Assembly: GCA_963705305.1 (NCBI GenBank)
Contig: OY970067.1
Coordinates: 5,581,312 to 5,645,311, forward strand
Length of the DNA: 64,000 nucleotides
Direction: 5' to 3'
From: an uncultured Methylomirabilota bacterium
Lineage (GTDB): Bacteria > Methylomirabilota > Methylomirabilia > Methylomirabilales > 2-02-FULL-66-22
The translations under genes were made by a program, and so were the position numbers. Under the pieces are notes generated by a model. The model did not search any database. It had not been told where the DNA came from and saw only the letters and a program-made list of their open reading frames with translations. Positions within the stretch are counted from its first letter, which is position 1; every line of letters begins with the position of its first letter. Positions 27,130 to 35,697 of this stretch are shown in pieces.

Positions 27130-29288
27130 ACACCCCTGCCGCCGCCTCGATCGGCCTGTTCCTCGCGCTGTGTGCCGCCGGCATTGGGCTGACGGCCGCG
27201 GTCCCGTCGCAGCGCGTCCCGCGGCTCCTGGCCTGGATCGGCGCGATCGCCTCGCTGCCGGTTCTCTGGGCCGGGGGTGCGGTGCTGGCAACCGGGCAGG
27301 TGCTCAGCATGCGCCTGTGGACGATCCCCGCGTGGGGACCGCTGATGTTACAGATGGACCGGCTGGGAGCCGTTTTCGTCATGGTAGCCGGGATGGTCTT
27401 TCTGCCCGTCTCGATCTTCTGTGCGGGCTATCTGCCTCGCTACCTGGGGCGATACAGCCTTCGGATGTTCGGCGGGATGTATCTGGCCCTGTATGCGTCC
27501 ATCGTGTTGATTTTCATCGCCGGCGACGTCCTCCTGTTCCTGTTCGCTTGGGAGGCGATGTCGATCCTTACGTATCTCCTCGTGAATTATGAGCACGAGG
27601 AGGAAGGACACTCCCAAGCCGGTTATGCCATGCTGGCCATCGGCGAGGCGGGAACGGTTGCCATAGCGCTGGGGCTCCTGCTGCTGGCGGTCGCGGCGGG
27701 CTCGTCGGAATTCGCCGCGATGAAGGCGGGCGCGGCTGTACTCGGTCCTGGTGCTCGATGGGGGGTGTTCCTGCTCACGTTCTTCGGATTCGGCGTCAAG
27801 GCCGGCCTGGTGCCCACGAACTCCTGGCTGCCACGCGCTCATCCCGTGGCGCCGGGAAATGTCTCGGCGCTCCTCTCAGGTGTGGTCTTGAACCTGGGGA
27901 TCTATGGAATTGTGCGCGTCAACCTCGACCTCTTGCCCACCAGCGCAATAGGAATGGGGCTCATTGCGCTGACCATCGGAACGATCTCTGCCGTTTTGGG
28001 TATTCTCTACGCCACCACAGAAAACGATCTCAAAGTGATGCTGGCGCACAGCTCGATCGAGAACATCGGCATCGTGACTGCCGGGCTGGGGGCAGGCTTT
28101 GTATTTACCGCCACCGGGCATTCGAGCTTGGCCGTCATCGCCCTTGTCGCTGCGCTCTACCACATGGTGAACCATTCGATCTACAAGTCGCTCCTCTTCC
28201 TCGGGACGGTAACTGTCGATTCGCAGACCGGAACGCGCGACCTGGACTTGCTCGGAGGGCTCATTCGTCGTATGCCATGGACGGCTCTGCTTTTCCTGGT
28301 CGGGGCACTCTCGATTGCGGCCATGCCGCCGTTCAACGGGTTTGTGAGCGAATGGCTGATGTTGCAGACGGTGCTGCGCAGCGTGGAGCTGTCATCCGTC
28401 GGCGCGAAGCTGGTGTTTGCCGTGTGCGGCGCGGGCCTGGCATTGACCGCCGCACTGGCAGTGACCTGTTTTGTGAAGGCGTTTGCCATGGGGTTCCTGG
28501 GCATGTCCCGCTCTCCTCAGGCTCGGCGGGCCACGGAAGCACGTGTGTCCGCTCTGGCGCCGATGGCGCTGCTGGCAGCGCTCTGCCTTGGATTGGGCGT
28601 GTTGCCGACCTACGTCATCCCGGTCCTCAGCGAGGCACTGGCGCCTCTGGCGCAAGCCAGCGCAGCGGACGCGCTGGTGCCTCCGTTCTTCGCCGGCAGT
28701 CCGGGACATGCGAGCCTCCCGCGAGGGTTTGCGGTGGAATTCCATGACCTGGGCGCCCAGGTGGGGCAGCACCTCCTGCCGGGCCGCGGGCTGGTGGTGC
28801 TTCATCGGGGCGGACCCGAAAATCCCGTGGTATTCGCCATGTCCACCTCGTACTCCCTGGTGGTCCTGGCACTGCTGCTGGGGCTGGTGTATGGCCTGGT
28901 GGGAGTCTGGGCGGCGCGACGCCGCCGGCTGGTCCGACGGGCGTGCTGGGACGGCGGCGTCGACCGCTTGCTGCCGGAAATGACGTACACCGCCACGGGC
29001 TTCTCGAATCCGGTGCGAGTCATTTTCGACGCCGTATTCCGCCCCACGATGGCCAGGGAGGGACCAGAGACCGTAGCCAGCCACTTCCGGATGGCCATCC
29101 AGAAGGGGCGCCAGGAGACCTATATCGTCGACCGGCTCTTCCTTCATCCGGTCCGGCGCGGGGCCATGGCGGTCGCCCGCCAGTTGGCGAGGATGCACAA
29201 CGGCCGAGTCAACGCGTATATCGGGTACGTCCTCGCCGCCCTGCTGCTGGTCTTGCTGGCGGCCTGGCTCGGAGGGGCCGCGGGCTGA
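27126..29288 (+). CDS. hyfB: HyfB-like antiporter-family subunit
   Basis: FAWEAMS, GVKAGLVP..WLPRAHP, AHSSIENIG, PPFNGFVSEW, MTYTATGFSNP. Confidence 0.9.
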   Translation: MNTPAAASIGLFLALCAAGIGLTAAVPSQRVPRLLAWIGAIASLPVLWAGGAVLATGQVLSMRLWTIPAWGPLMLQMDRLGAVFVMVAGMVFLPVSIFCAGYLPRYLGRYSLRMFGGMYLALYASIVLIFIAGDVLLFLFAWEAMSILTYLLVNYEHEEEGHSQAGYAMLAIGEAGTVAIALGLLLLAVAAGSSEFAAMKAGAAVLGPGARWGVFLLTFFGFGVKAGLVPTNSWLPRAHPVAPGNVSALLSGVVLNLGIYGIVRVNLDLLPTSAIGMGLIALTIGTISAVLGILYATTENDLKVMLAHSSIENIGIVTAGLGAGFVFTATGHSSLAVIALVAALYHMVNHSIYKSLLFLGTVTVDSQTGTRDLDLLGGLIRRMPWTALLFLVGALSIAAMPPFNGFVSEWLMLQTVLRSVELSSVGAKLVFAVCGAGLALTAALAVTCFVKAFAMGFLGMSRSPQARRATEARVSALAPMALLAALCLGLGVLPTYVIPVLSEALAPLAQASAADALVPPFFAGSPGHASLPRGFAVEFHDLGAQVGQHLLPGRGLVVLHRGGPENPVVFAMSTSYSLVVLALLLGLVYGLVGVWAARRRRLVRRACWDGGVDRLLPEMTYTATGFSNPVRVIFDAVFRPTMAREGPETVASHFRMAIQKGRQETYIVDRLFLHPVRRGAMAVARQLARMHNGRVNAYIGYVLAALLLVLLAAWLGGAAG

Positions 29289-29364
29289 GCCCGCGAGGCT
29301 TTGCGGGGCAGGGCGGCCGGTCGCGAAGTGCGCCCACGATCGCGGCCGGACAATCCGCGAAGGG

Positions 29365-29393
29365 TTGACATGCCCCAGACCGGCGCCTAAACT
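29365..29393 (+). promoter_or_regulatory. Promoter for fluoride riboswitch 4
   Basis: TTGACA-N17-TAAACT. Confidence 0.75.
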
Positions 29394-29403
29394 CTTGATG
29401 GGT

Positions 29404-29449
29404 GGGGATGGAGTCCCCCGTAACCGCCTCACCGGCTGATGACTCCTAC
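29404..29449 (+). ncRNA. Fluoride (crcB) riboswitch 4
   Basis: GGGGATGGAGTCCCCCGTAACCGCC...GGCTGATGACTCCTAC; closest of the four to consensus; compensatory P1 GGGG/CCCC. Confidence 0.92.
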
Positions 29450-29525
29450 CGAGGCCTTTGTCGGCCGGAGTTTCGACCTGTGAGGAAGAGCAGCTCCTGC
29501 AGGCGACGGCCTGGAGGAGTTTTTT

Positions 29526-31220
29526 ATGGACGCGATCAGGTCCGCACCGCCTGCATCCCTGGGAGGCCCGCTCCACCCCTCACCGCCATCGGCGCTGGAG
29601 GAGGTCGGGGCGATCTGCCGCCGGTTTCGCCTCGACGCCCTGCGGCCACAGCTCGACGCCTGCACCGCGCTCCTGCAGGATGGGGAGGTGGTCGACGTCG
29701 CCGTGGTGGGACGCTTCAAGGCCGGGAAGAGCTCCTTCCTGAACAGCGTCGTAGGCGGGGACTTGTTGCCGGTGGCCGCCCTGCCTCTCACGGCCGTGAT
29801 CACCCGCCTGCGCTATGGTGCGAGCGACCGCTCGGTGGTCAAACATTTGGATGGCACCGAGCGGGAGATCCCCGTGGACGACCTCCGCGAGTACGTCACG
29901 GAACAGCGGAACCCCGCCAACACCAAGGCCGTCGCCATGGTCGAGGTGGAGCTATCCTCCCTACGGCCCTACCAGGGGATCCGCTTCGTGGACACGCCGG
30001 GCCTGGGCAGCGTCTTCACCCACAACACCCGCGCCTCGATGGATTGGCTGCCGCGGATCGGGGCGGCGCTCCTTGCGATCAGCGCCGACCAGCCCCTGTC
30101 GGAGCATGATATGACCTTGCTGGCCGAGCTGGCCAAGCACACGCCGGAGATCTCGATCCTTCTCACCAAGGCGGATCTGGTGAGCTCCGGCGAGCTCGCG
30201 GACATCATCCGCTTCATCAGGGATCAGGTCGGCTCGACAATCCCCGGTGCGGTGCGCGTACTGCCTTTCTCCGTACGGCCCGGGTTCGAGCCCCAGCGTG
30301 CCGGGGTCCGGGAGTACCTGCTTGGGCGAGTTGCCGAGCACCACGAAGAGACCTCCAGGAGCATCCTCCGGTACAAACTCCAGCGGCTGACGGCTGACTG
30401 CCGGCAGTACCTGGAGGTGGCGCTGGCAGCGGCCTCGGCGGCGGCGGAGGCGCGGACGCGGCTGCAGGAAGCGCTCCGGCGGGAACGGACCCAGCTGGAG
30501 GCCGTGGGGAATGAGATCCGGATCGTGGCGCAGGACCTCAAGGGTCGGCTGATGGCAGACGCGCTGGAGCGATACGTCGCCCACACCCGCGAGCTCGTGG
30601 CGAGTTTGACGGCCGGGCTGCGGGCCGCCATGCCCGGGTGGAGAGGCGACCTGCGTAAGACGGCCGAACAGTTCGCCCAGTGGACCTATGAGGCCATCGA
30701 AGAACAGCTTGGCCCGCATTCCCACCAACACGGAGAGGAGCTGATCGCGCGGCACCTGACGTCCGCCCAGGCCAGCCTTTCCCGTGTGGTGCAGGCCTTC
30801 CAGGACCGATTGGCACAGGCGGTCGCGGAGGCGCTCCATACGCCATTCGCGGGGGCCCGCTTCGATGCCGCGGTCCGGTCCCCCGAGCGGCCGGACGTCC
30901 GGGTGAGCCGGGTCTTCGACATTCCGTTCGAGATCCTCTGGTTCCTGATCCCCATGACCGTCTTCCGCCCCCTGGTGAACCGGCACTTCGTCCGCAGGCT
31001 CCCCTGGGAGGTTGAGAAGAATCTCCACCGATTGGCGATGCAGTGGGCGCAAGCCATCGGAGCCTCCATCGACGATCTGGCCCGCCAGGCGCGGGAGTTC
31101 ATGTGGGAGGAGCTGGCCACCATCGACCGGTTGGTGTCCGAGAGCCAGGACCAGCGACCGGCCCTGGAGGGCGCCCTGGCGACGCTGGAGGCCGTCGGGC
31201 GAGCGGGTGAGGAGCAATAG
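29526..31220 (+). CDS. Bacterial dynamin-like GTPase
   Basis: G1 GRFKAGKS, G3 DTPG, G4 TKAD; helical C-terminal half with a hydrophobic paddle (FEILWFLIPM). Confidence 0.88.
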   Translation: MDAIRSAPPASLGGPLHPSPPSALEEVGAICRRFRLDALRPQLDACTALLQDGEVVDVAVVGRFKAGKSSFLNSVVGGDLLPVAALPLTAVITRLRYGASDRSVVKHLDGTEREIPVDDLREYVTEQRNPANTKAVAMVEVELSSLRPYQGIRFVDTPGLGSVFTHNTRASMDWLPRIGAALLAISADQPLSEHDMTLLAELAKHTPEISILLTKADLVSSGELADIIRFIRDQVGSTIPGAVRVLPFSVRPGFEPQRAGVREYLLGRVAEHHEETSRSILRYKLQRLTADCRQYLEVALAAASAAAEARTRLQEALRRERTQLEAVGNEIRIVAQDLKGRLMADALERYVAHTRELVASLTAGLRAAMPGWRGDLRKTAEQFAQWTYEAIEEQLGPHSHQHGEELIARHLTSAQASLSRVVQAFQDRLAQAVAEALHTPFAGARFDAAVRSPERPDVRVSRVFDIPFEILWFLIPMTVFRPLVNRHFVRRLPWEVEKNLHRLAMQWAQAIGASIDDLARQAREFMWEELATIDRLVSESQDQRPALEGALATLEAVGRAGEEQ

Positions 31221-31467
31221 GCGTGAGGCGCGGCCGGCCTGTACGTCCGCGCTTCGGTGCCCGCCGAGGAATGCGCGCAGACCGCATGGATGGCCACGCC
31301 GGAGAAGTCCCGCGTCCGAAATGAACTACCCCGCGGCAAGTCGCGGGGGATGAACCCTCATGGATTCACCCGGTCCCGCAAGTCCCAGAATTCTTCACCA
31401 TAGGCCCCGTCCGGCGATTCTCCCCCGTGCCCCTCTGATCGGATTCACGATGTGATATGATCCCCGC

Positions 31468-33081
31468 ATGACCAACCAGATGCTCTTCACGCTCTTCGGC
31501 GGGACGGCCCTCCTGCTCTACGGGATGCAGCTCGTCCGCGAGGGCCTCCAGACCGTGGCCGGCGGGCGGATGCGCCAGATCCTCGGATCCATGACCGGGA
31601 ACCGCGTGAAGGGGGTGCTGGCAGGCGCCTTCGTCACGGCCGTCGTGCAATCCTCCGGTGCGACGACCCTCATGCTGGTGGGATTCGCCAATTCCGGCCT
31701 GATCAGTCTTGCCCAGAGCATCGGCGTGATCCTGGGCGCGGACATCGGCACCACCTTCACCGTCCAACTGATCTCGTTCCAGATCTTCGAGTATGCCCTC
31801 CTCCTGACGGGCGTGGGCTTCCTCCTGATCTTCGTCTGCAAGCGCAGGATCCTGAAGTCCACCGGTCAGGCGATCCTGGGGTTCAGCCTGATCTTCCTGT
31901 CTATCGAGTACATGGCCAAGGCCATGGCGCCGCTCCGCGACAGCGAGGTGGTCCGCATCCTCCTCGCTTCGCTTGGGCAGCAGCCGATCCTTGGCGTGTG
32001 CGTGGGGGCGGCCCTCGCCGCGCTGGTCCTCAGCTCCGCCGCCACCATCGGCCTCGTCCTCACCCTGGCCCTACAGGGGATCCTGAGTCTCCAGTCGGCC
32101 ATCCCGATCGTCCTCGGAGCCAACATCGGCACCTGCGCCACGGCGCTGGCCGGCTCCATCGGAACGACGACCGTGGCGCGGCGGGTGGCCCTCGCCCACA
32201 TCCTGTTCAAGGTGGCGGGGACCCTGGTGTTCCTGCCGTTCCTCGGCCCGTTTGCCCGTGCGGTGCAATGGACCGCGGCCGATACGGCGCGGCAGATCGC
32301 CAACGCCCACACGCTCTTCAACCTCGTGATCACTGTCGCCTTCCTCCCCTTCACCCCGCTCTTCGCCACCCTGCTCGCGCATCTGGTGCCCGAGGCGCAG
32401 GCGAGGGACGGCGTTTTCGGCGCAAGATACCTCGAGGAGCGGATGCTGGACACGCCGGCGCTGGCCCTCGGGCAGGCAACGCGCGAGGCGCTCCGTGTGG
32501 GGGATATCGTCTCGGAGATGCTCGCCCAGAGCCTACCGGCCCTGTCCCGGAACGATCCCGATCTCGTGGAATTCATCAAGGAGAAAGACAATCAGGTGGA
32601 TGCCCTCTACCGGGATATCAAGCACTACCTCACCCGGCTCTCCGGAGAGCGGCTCACCGACACCCAGGCGCGGCGCAAGATGACCATCCTCGCCTTCGCC
32701 GACAACATGGAGAGCATCGGCGACATCGTGGACCGTAACCTCATGGAGCTGGCCAAGAAGCGACTGCGGAGGGGCGTGCGCTTCTCCGACCCCGGGATCC
32801 AGGAGATCGGGGCGCTGCACAAGCAGGTGCTCGAGAGCGCGGAGCTGGCGATCGCCGCCTTCGGAAGCAGCGATATGATCCTGGCTCGGCGCGTCCTGGA
32901 TCAGAAGCAGGAAATCGGGCGGAACGGACGGATGCTCCGTCAGGCGCACATCCAGCGGCTGCACGACGGGCTGCGGGAGTCGATGGAGACCAGCGAGATC
33001 CACCTGGACATCCTCACCAACCTCCAGCGGATCAGCTCGCACCTCGGCGCGATCGCCGTCCCAATCCTGGAAAGCGCCTAG
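31468..33081 (+). CDS. Na/Pi cotransporter family protein with C-terminal PhoU domains
   Basis: VQSSGATT, LGADIGTT, LGANIGT, QIANAHTLFN; ESIGD; HIQRL. Confidence 0.93.
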   Translation: MTNQMLFTLFGGTALLLYGMQLVREGLQTVAGGRMRQILGSMTGNRVKGVLAGAFVTAVVQSSGATTLMLVGFANSGLISLAQSIGVILGADIGTTFTVQLISFQIFEYALLLTGVGFLLIFVCKRRILKSTGQAILGFSLIFLSIEYMAKAMAPLRDSEVVRILLASLGQQPILGVCVGAALAALVLSSAATIGLVLTLALQGILSLQSAIPIVLGANIGTCATALAGSIGTTTVARRVALAHILFKVAGTLVFLPFLGPFARAVQWTAADTARQIANAHTLFNLVITVAFLPFTPLFATLLAHLVPEAQARDGVFGARYLEERMLDTPALALGQATREALRVGDIVSEMLAQSLPALSRNDPDLVEFIKEKDNQVDALYRDIKHYLTRLSGERLTDTQARRKMTILAFADNMESIGDIVDRNLMELAKKRLRRGVRFSDPGIQEIGALHKQVLESAELAIAAFGSSDMILARRVLDQKQEIGRNGRMLRQAHIQRLHDGLRESMETSEIHLDILTNLQRISSHLGAIAVPILESA

Positions 33082-33287
33082 CATCCTGCGAGGCGACGCC
33101 GCGGCAACCTATCCGCGAGGGACGCGCCCCTGTGCCCGCCGGGGCGCGGGGGATTAATTCACCTCAATCCGAGATTCTTCAACCGCCAGGGCGTCATGGG
33201 AAAAATTCAAATTCCGAAGTTCGAATTTCGAAATTGAAAGGCGTGATCCTGGCGTCATGGCGGTCAACGTCTTTCCCGGATCAGGGC

Positions 33288-34025
33288 TCACAGAACCCAT
33301 TTTCGCTTCACATTCGTCAGAGTAATCAAGAACAACGCGGCGCAGAAGGCGGCCACCACGAGGAAGTCGAGAGAGAGGGAGAGCGCATTGGCCCGGCGAA
33401 CCGCCCCGTGCAGGATGTCCGTCCCATAGGTGAGGGGCAGGGCATATGCCAGTGGTCGGAGCCACGTCGGAAGCTGGGCGACGGGAAAGAACAGGCCGCA
33501 CAGGAAGATCATCGGAAAGCGAAAGAAGTTGGAGAGCGTCTGCGCCTCGAACACTTCCTTGACCGCCACAGCCACGAACAGGCCCAGGAAAGCGGAGACC
33601 ACGGCGATCAGGACGATGCCGGGAACCATGACCACCCACGCGACACCCAGGAGTCTCCCCAGGCAGGCGGCCATCAGGATGGGGACGAACGCATTGGCCA
33701 CGCCGAAGAGGATCGCCCCCGCCGTCTTGGCCAGCATGAGCAGCTCCAGCGGGATCGGCGCCAAGAGCAGGCGCTCGAAGGACCGGCCCCGCTTTTCGAA
33801 TGTGACCGTGACGGCCAGCAGGGAGGTCGTGCCGAAAAGGATGGAGATCGCCACCACTCCGGGCAGAAGGGCCGGGATCCCCTCCAGGCCCGTGCCCGAC
33901 TTGATGAAGAACATCCCGGTCCACGCCAGGGGGAACAGCAATCCCCAGCTCACGTTCGGCGGTTTGAGATAGTAGGTGCGCGCATCTTTCCAGAGGATCT
34001 GCCAGAAGGCGATCCATATCCTCAT
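33288..34025 (-). CDS. ABC-2 type exporter permease
   Basis: 6 TM segments; FERLLLAP; FLCGLFFP...LP.WL...LPLTY. Confidence 0.9.
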   Translation of the reverse strand: MRIWIAFWQILWKDARTYYLKPPNVSWGLLFPLAWTGMFFIKSGTGLEGIPALLPGVVAISILFGTTSLLAVTVTFEKRGRSFERLLLAPIPLELLMLAKTAGAILFGVANAFVPILMAACLGRLLGVAWVVMVPGIVLIAVVSAFLGLFVAVAVKEVFEAQTLSNFFRFPMIFLCGLFFPVAQLPTWLRPLAYALPLTYGTDILHGAVRRANALSLSLDFLVVAAFCAALFLITLTNVKRKWVL

Positions 34026-35008
34026 GCCGCGGCCCCCTGCTTCTCCCGCTCCTTCCGCATCTCCTCGGCGGCAATCCCGGTGACCCTGATGAAGACTTCC
34101 TCCAGGGACTGTCGCACGACCCGTGCCTCGAAGACTTCCACGCCGCGCTCGTCGAGGAAGCGCAGCAGCGGGAAGAGGTTGACCGGTTCAGAAGAGGTGA
34201 GCCGGAGGCGAATGCCCGCCGCCTGGCAGCTCACGCCGGGAAAGGCGTCACGGATGTCCCCGCAGACCTCCGGATGCTCAACGCCGAGGAGCAGCTCGAC
34301 GGCATGCCGGCCCTTGGCCTCCTGCAGCAGGCTCTCCACCCTGTCCAGAGTGACGACCCGCCCGGAGACGATGAAGGCAATCCGCTGGCAGAGGCGCTCC
34401 GCCTCTTCGATGTAGTGCGTGGTGAGGAAGATCGTCGTCCCGTTCCGATTCAATCCTGCCAGGAGCTGCCGGATCTGGCGGGCGCTGGCCACGTCGATGC
34501 CCGTGGTCGGCTCGTCCAGAAAGAGGACGGGCGGCCGGTGCATGAGTCCGGCCGCAATGGCGAGCTTCCGCTTCATGCCCTTCGAGTACTGTCCGAAGCG
34601 CCGCGGACCGACCTCGGCCAGGCCGAAGGTCTCGAGCAGCTCCCGCGCCCGCGTCTCGCGGTTGGCGCGGCGCATGCCGTACAGGGCCCCGCAGAAGCAC
34701 AAATTCGCGAAGCCGTCCAGTTCCGGATAGAGGTTGCTCTCGTCCGGGACCACCCCCATGAGATGCTGGGCAGCCTTCACGCGGCGCGTGTAATCCCGGC
34801 CGAAGTACCGGATCGTGCCTGCCGAGGGCCGGGCCAGGCCCGTCAGCATGTTGATGGTCGTGGTCTTCCCGGCCCCGTTGGGTCCCAGGAAGCCGAAGAC
34901 CTCCCCCGGGGGGACGGCGAAGGAGATCCCGTCCACCGCCGTGACGTCCCCGAAGCGCTTGGCCAGGCCCTCTGCTTCGATGGCGGAGGGCTCATCCATA
35001 GAGGTCAT
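34022..35008 (-). CDS. ABC transporter ATP-binding protein (DrrA-like)
   Basis: GPNGAGKTT, YSKGMKRK, LFLDEPT, TTHY; start at ATG 35008 overlapping the small-ORF stop. Confidence 0.93.
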   Translation of the reverse strand: MTSMDEPSAIEAEGLAKRFGDVTAVDGISFAVPPGEVFGFLGPNGAGKTTTINMLTGLARPSAGTIRYFGRDYTRRVKAAQHLMGVVPDESNLYPELDGFANLCFCGALYGMRRANRETRARELLETFGLAEVGPRRFGQYSKGMKRKLAIAAGLMHRPPVLFLDEPTTGIDVASARQIRQLLAGLNRNGTTIFLTTHYIEEAERLCQRIAFIVSGRVVTLDRVESLLQEAKGRHAVELLLGVEHPEVCGDIRDAFPGVSCQAAGIRLRLTSSEPVNLFPLLRFLDERGVEVFEARVVRQSLEEVFIRVTGIAAEEMRKEREKQGAAA

Positions 35009-35142
35009 TCTTTCTTTCCGCTGGGTGCGCACGGGTGATCCTTCCCCGTGCCATGCCATTTCTGGATTTGCTCCGGTGTGCATTTCTGCGCGATTCCCTT
35101 GAGCTGGTCGGGTTTCTGACACGTCGTCTTGCGCTGGGACAT
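35005..35142 (-). CDS. 45-aa Cys/His-containing small protein (below the ORF-track cutoff)
   Basis: GGAGGAG RBS; MSQRKTTCQKPDQLKGIAQKCTPEQIQKWHGTGKDHPCAPSGKKE; ATGA coupling to the ABC ATPase. Confidence 0.7.
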   Translation of the reverse strand: MSQRKTTCQKPDQLKGIAQKCTPEQIQKWHGTGKDHPCAPSGKKE

Positions 35143-35153
35143 GACGCTCCTCC

Positions 35154-35441
35154 TCAGGATGGGCGCAGCAGGCGGTCCGCCAATTCCCGCCAGCGCGCCA
35201 GGGTCGCCTCGTTGACCACGTAGTGGACGAAATAGCCCCGCTTGTCGGCCGTCACCAGATCGCAGTCCCGCAGCACCCGAAGGTGCTGAGAGACAGCCGC
35301 AGGAGTGATCCGCAGCTCCCGCGCGAGCGCGTTAACGCAGAGGGCGCGGGCCTTCAGCAGCTCCAGCATCCGCACTCGCGTATTCACCGAGAGCGCCTTG
35401 AACACCCGCGCCAGTTCCGCGGGCTGGCTCGCTTGTGACAT
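35154..35441 (-). CDS. ArsR/SmtB-family transcriptional regulator
   Basis: FKALSVNTRVRML...LCVNALA...AVSQHLRVLR...KRGYFVHY. Confidence 0.92.
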   Translation of the reverse strand: MSQASQPAELARVFKALSVNTRVRMLELLKARALCVNALARELRITPAAVSQHLRVLRDCDLVTADKRGYFVHYVVNEATLARWRELADRLLRPS

Positions 35442-35467
35442 GCCTGCCCCCAGCCATGAACTGATTA

Positions 35468-35487
35468 AGTATGTACGCGGATACTTT
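35468..35487. promoter_or_regulatory. Palindrome, candidate ArsR operator
   Basis: AAGTAT-N8-ATACTT lying between a minus-strand TTGACA (35505-35510) and the arsR start. Confidence 0.45.
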
Positions 35488-35697
35488 ATACCCTCCGTCT
35501 CTCTTGTCAAGCCGTTCGATATGGCGGTCTGCAAGGACGCGCGAGGGATGGGGAAACCGCAGGTGTGGCGGGAACGGGGTTCTCCTTGTAATATAGCTGC
35601 GCGGACGGTCCCGCCGGCGATCGACAGCTTGCCCGCCCCGCGTCGGGGCGGATGGATGAGCGCCTGCCTGGGCCACGCACGTCTCGGGGGAGGGGTG

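Noticed and set aside
33200..33240. AT-rich AAATTC/TTCGAA short repeats between convergent genes
   Set aside because: Too short and irregular for a CRISPR or defined repeat; no spacers or cas genes
35305..35697. N-terminal extension of the radical SAM ORF given in the ORF track
   Set aside because: Overlaps the divergent arsR gene and its promoter; family-like sequence begins at MISISKL (35698)
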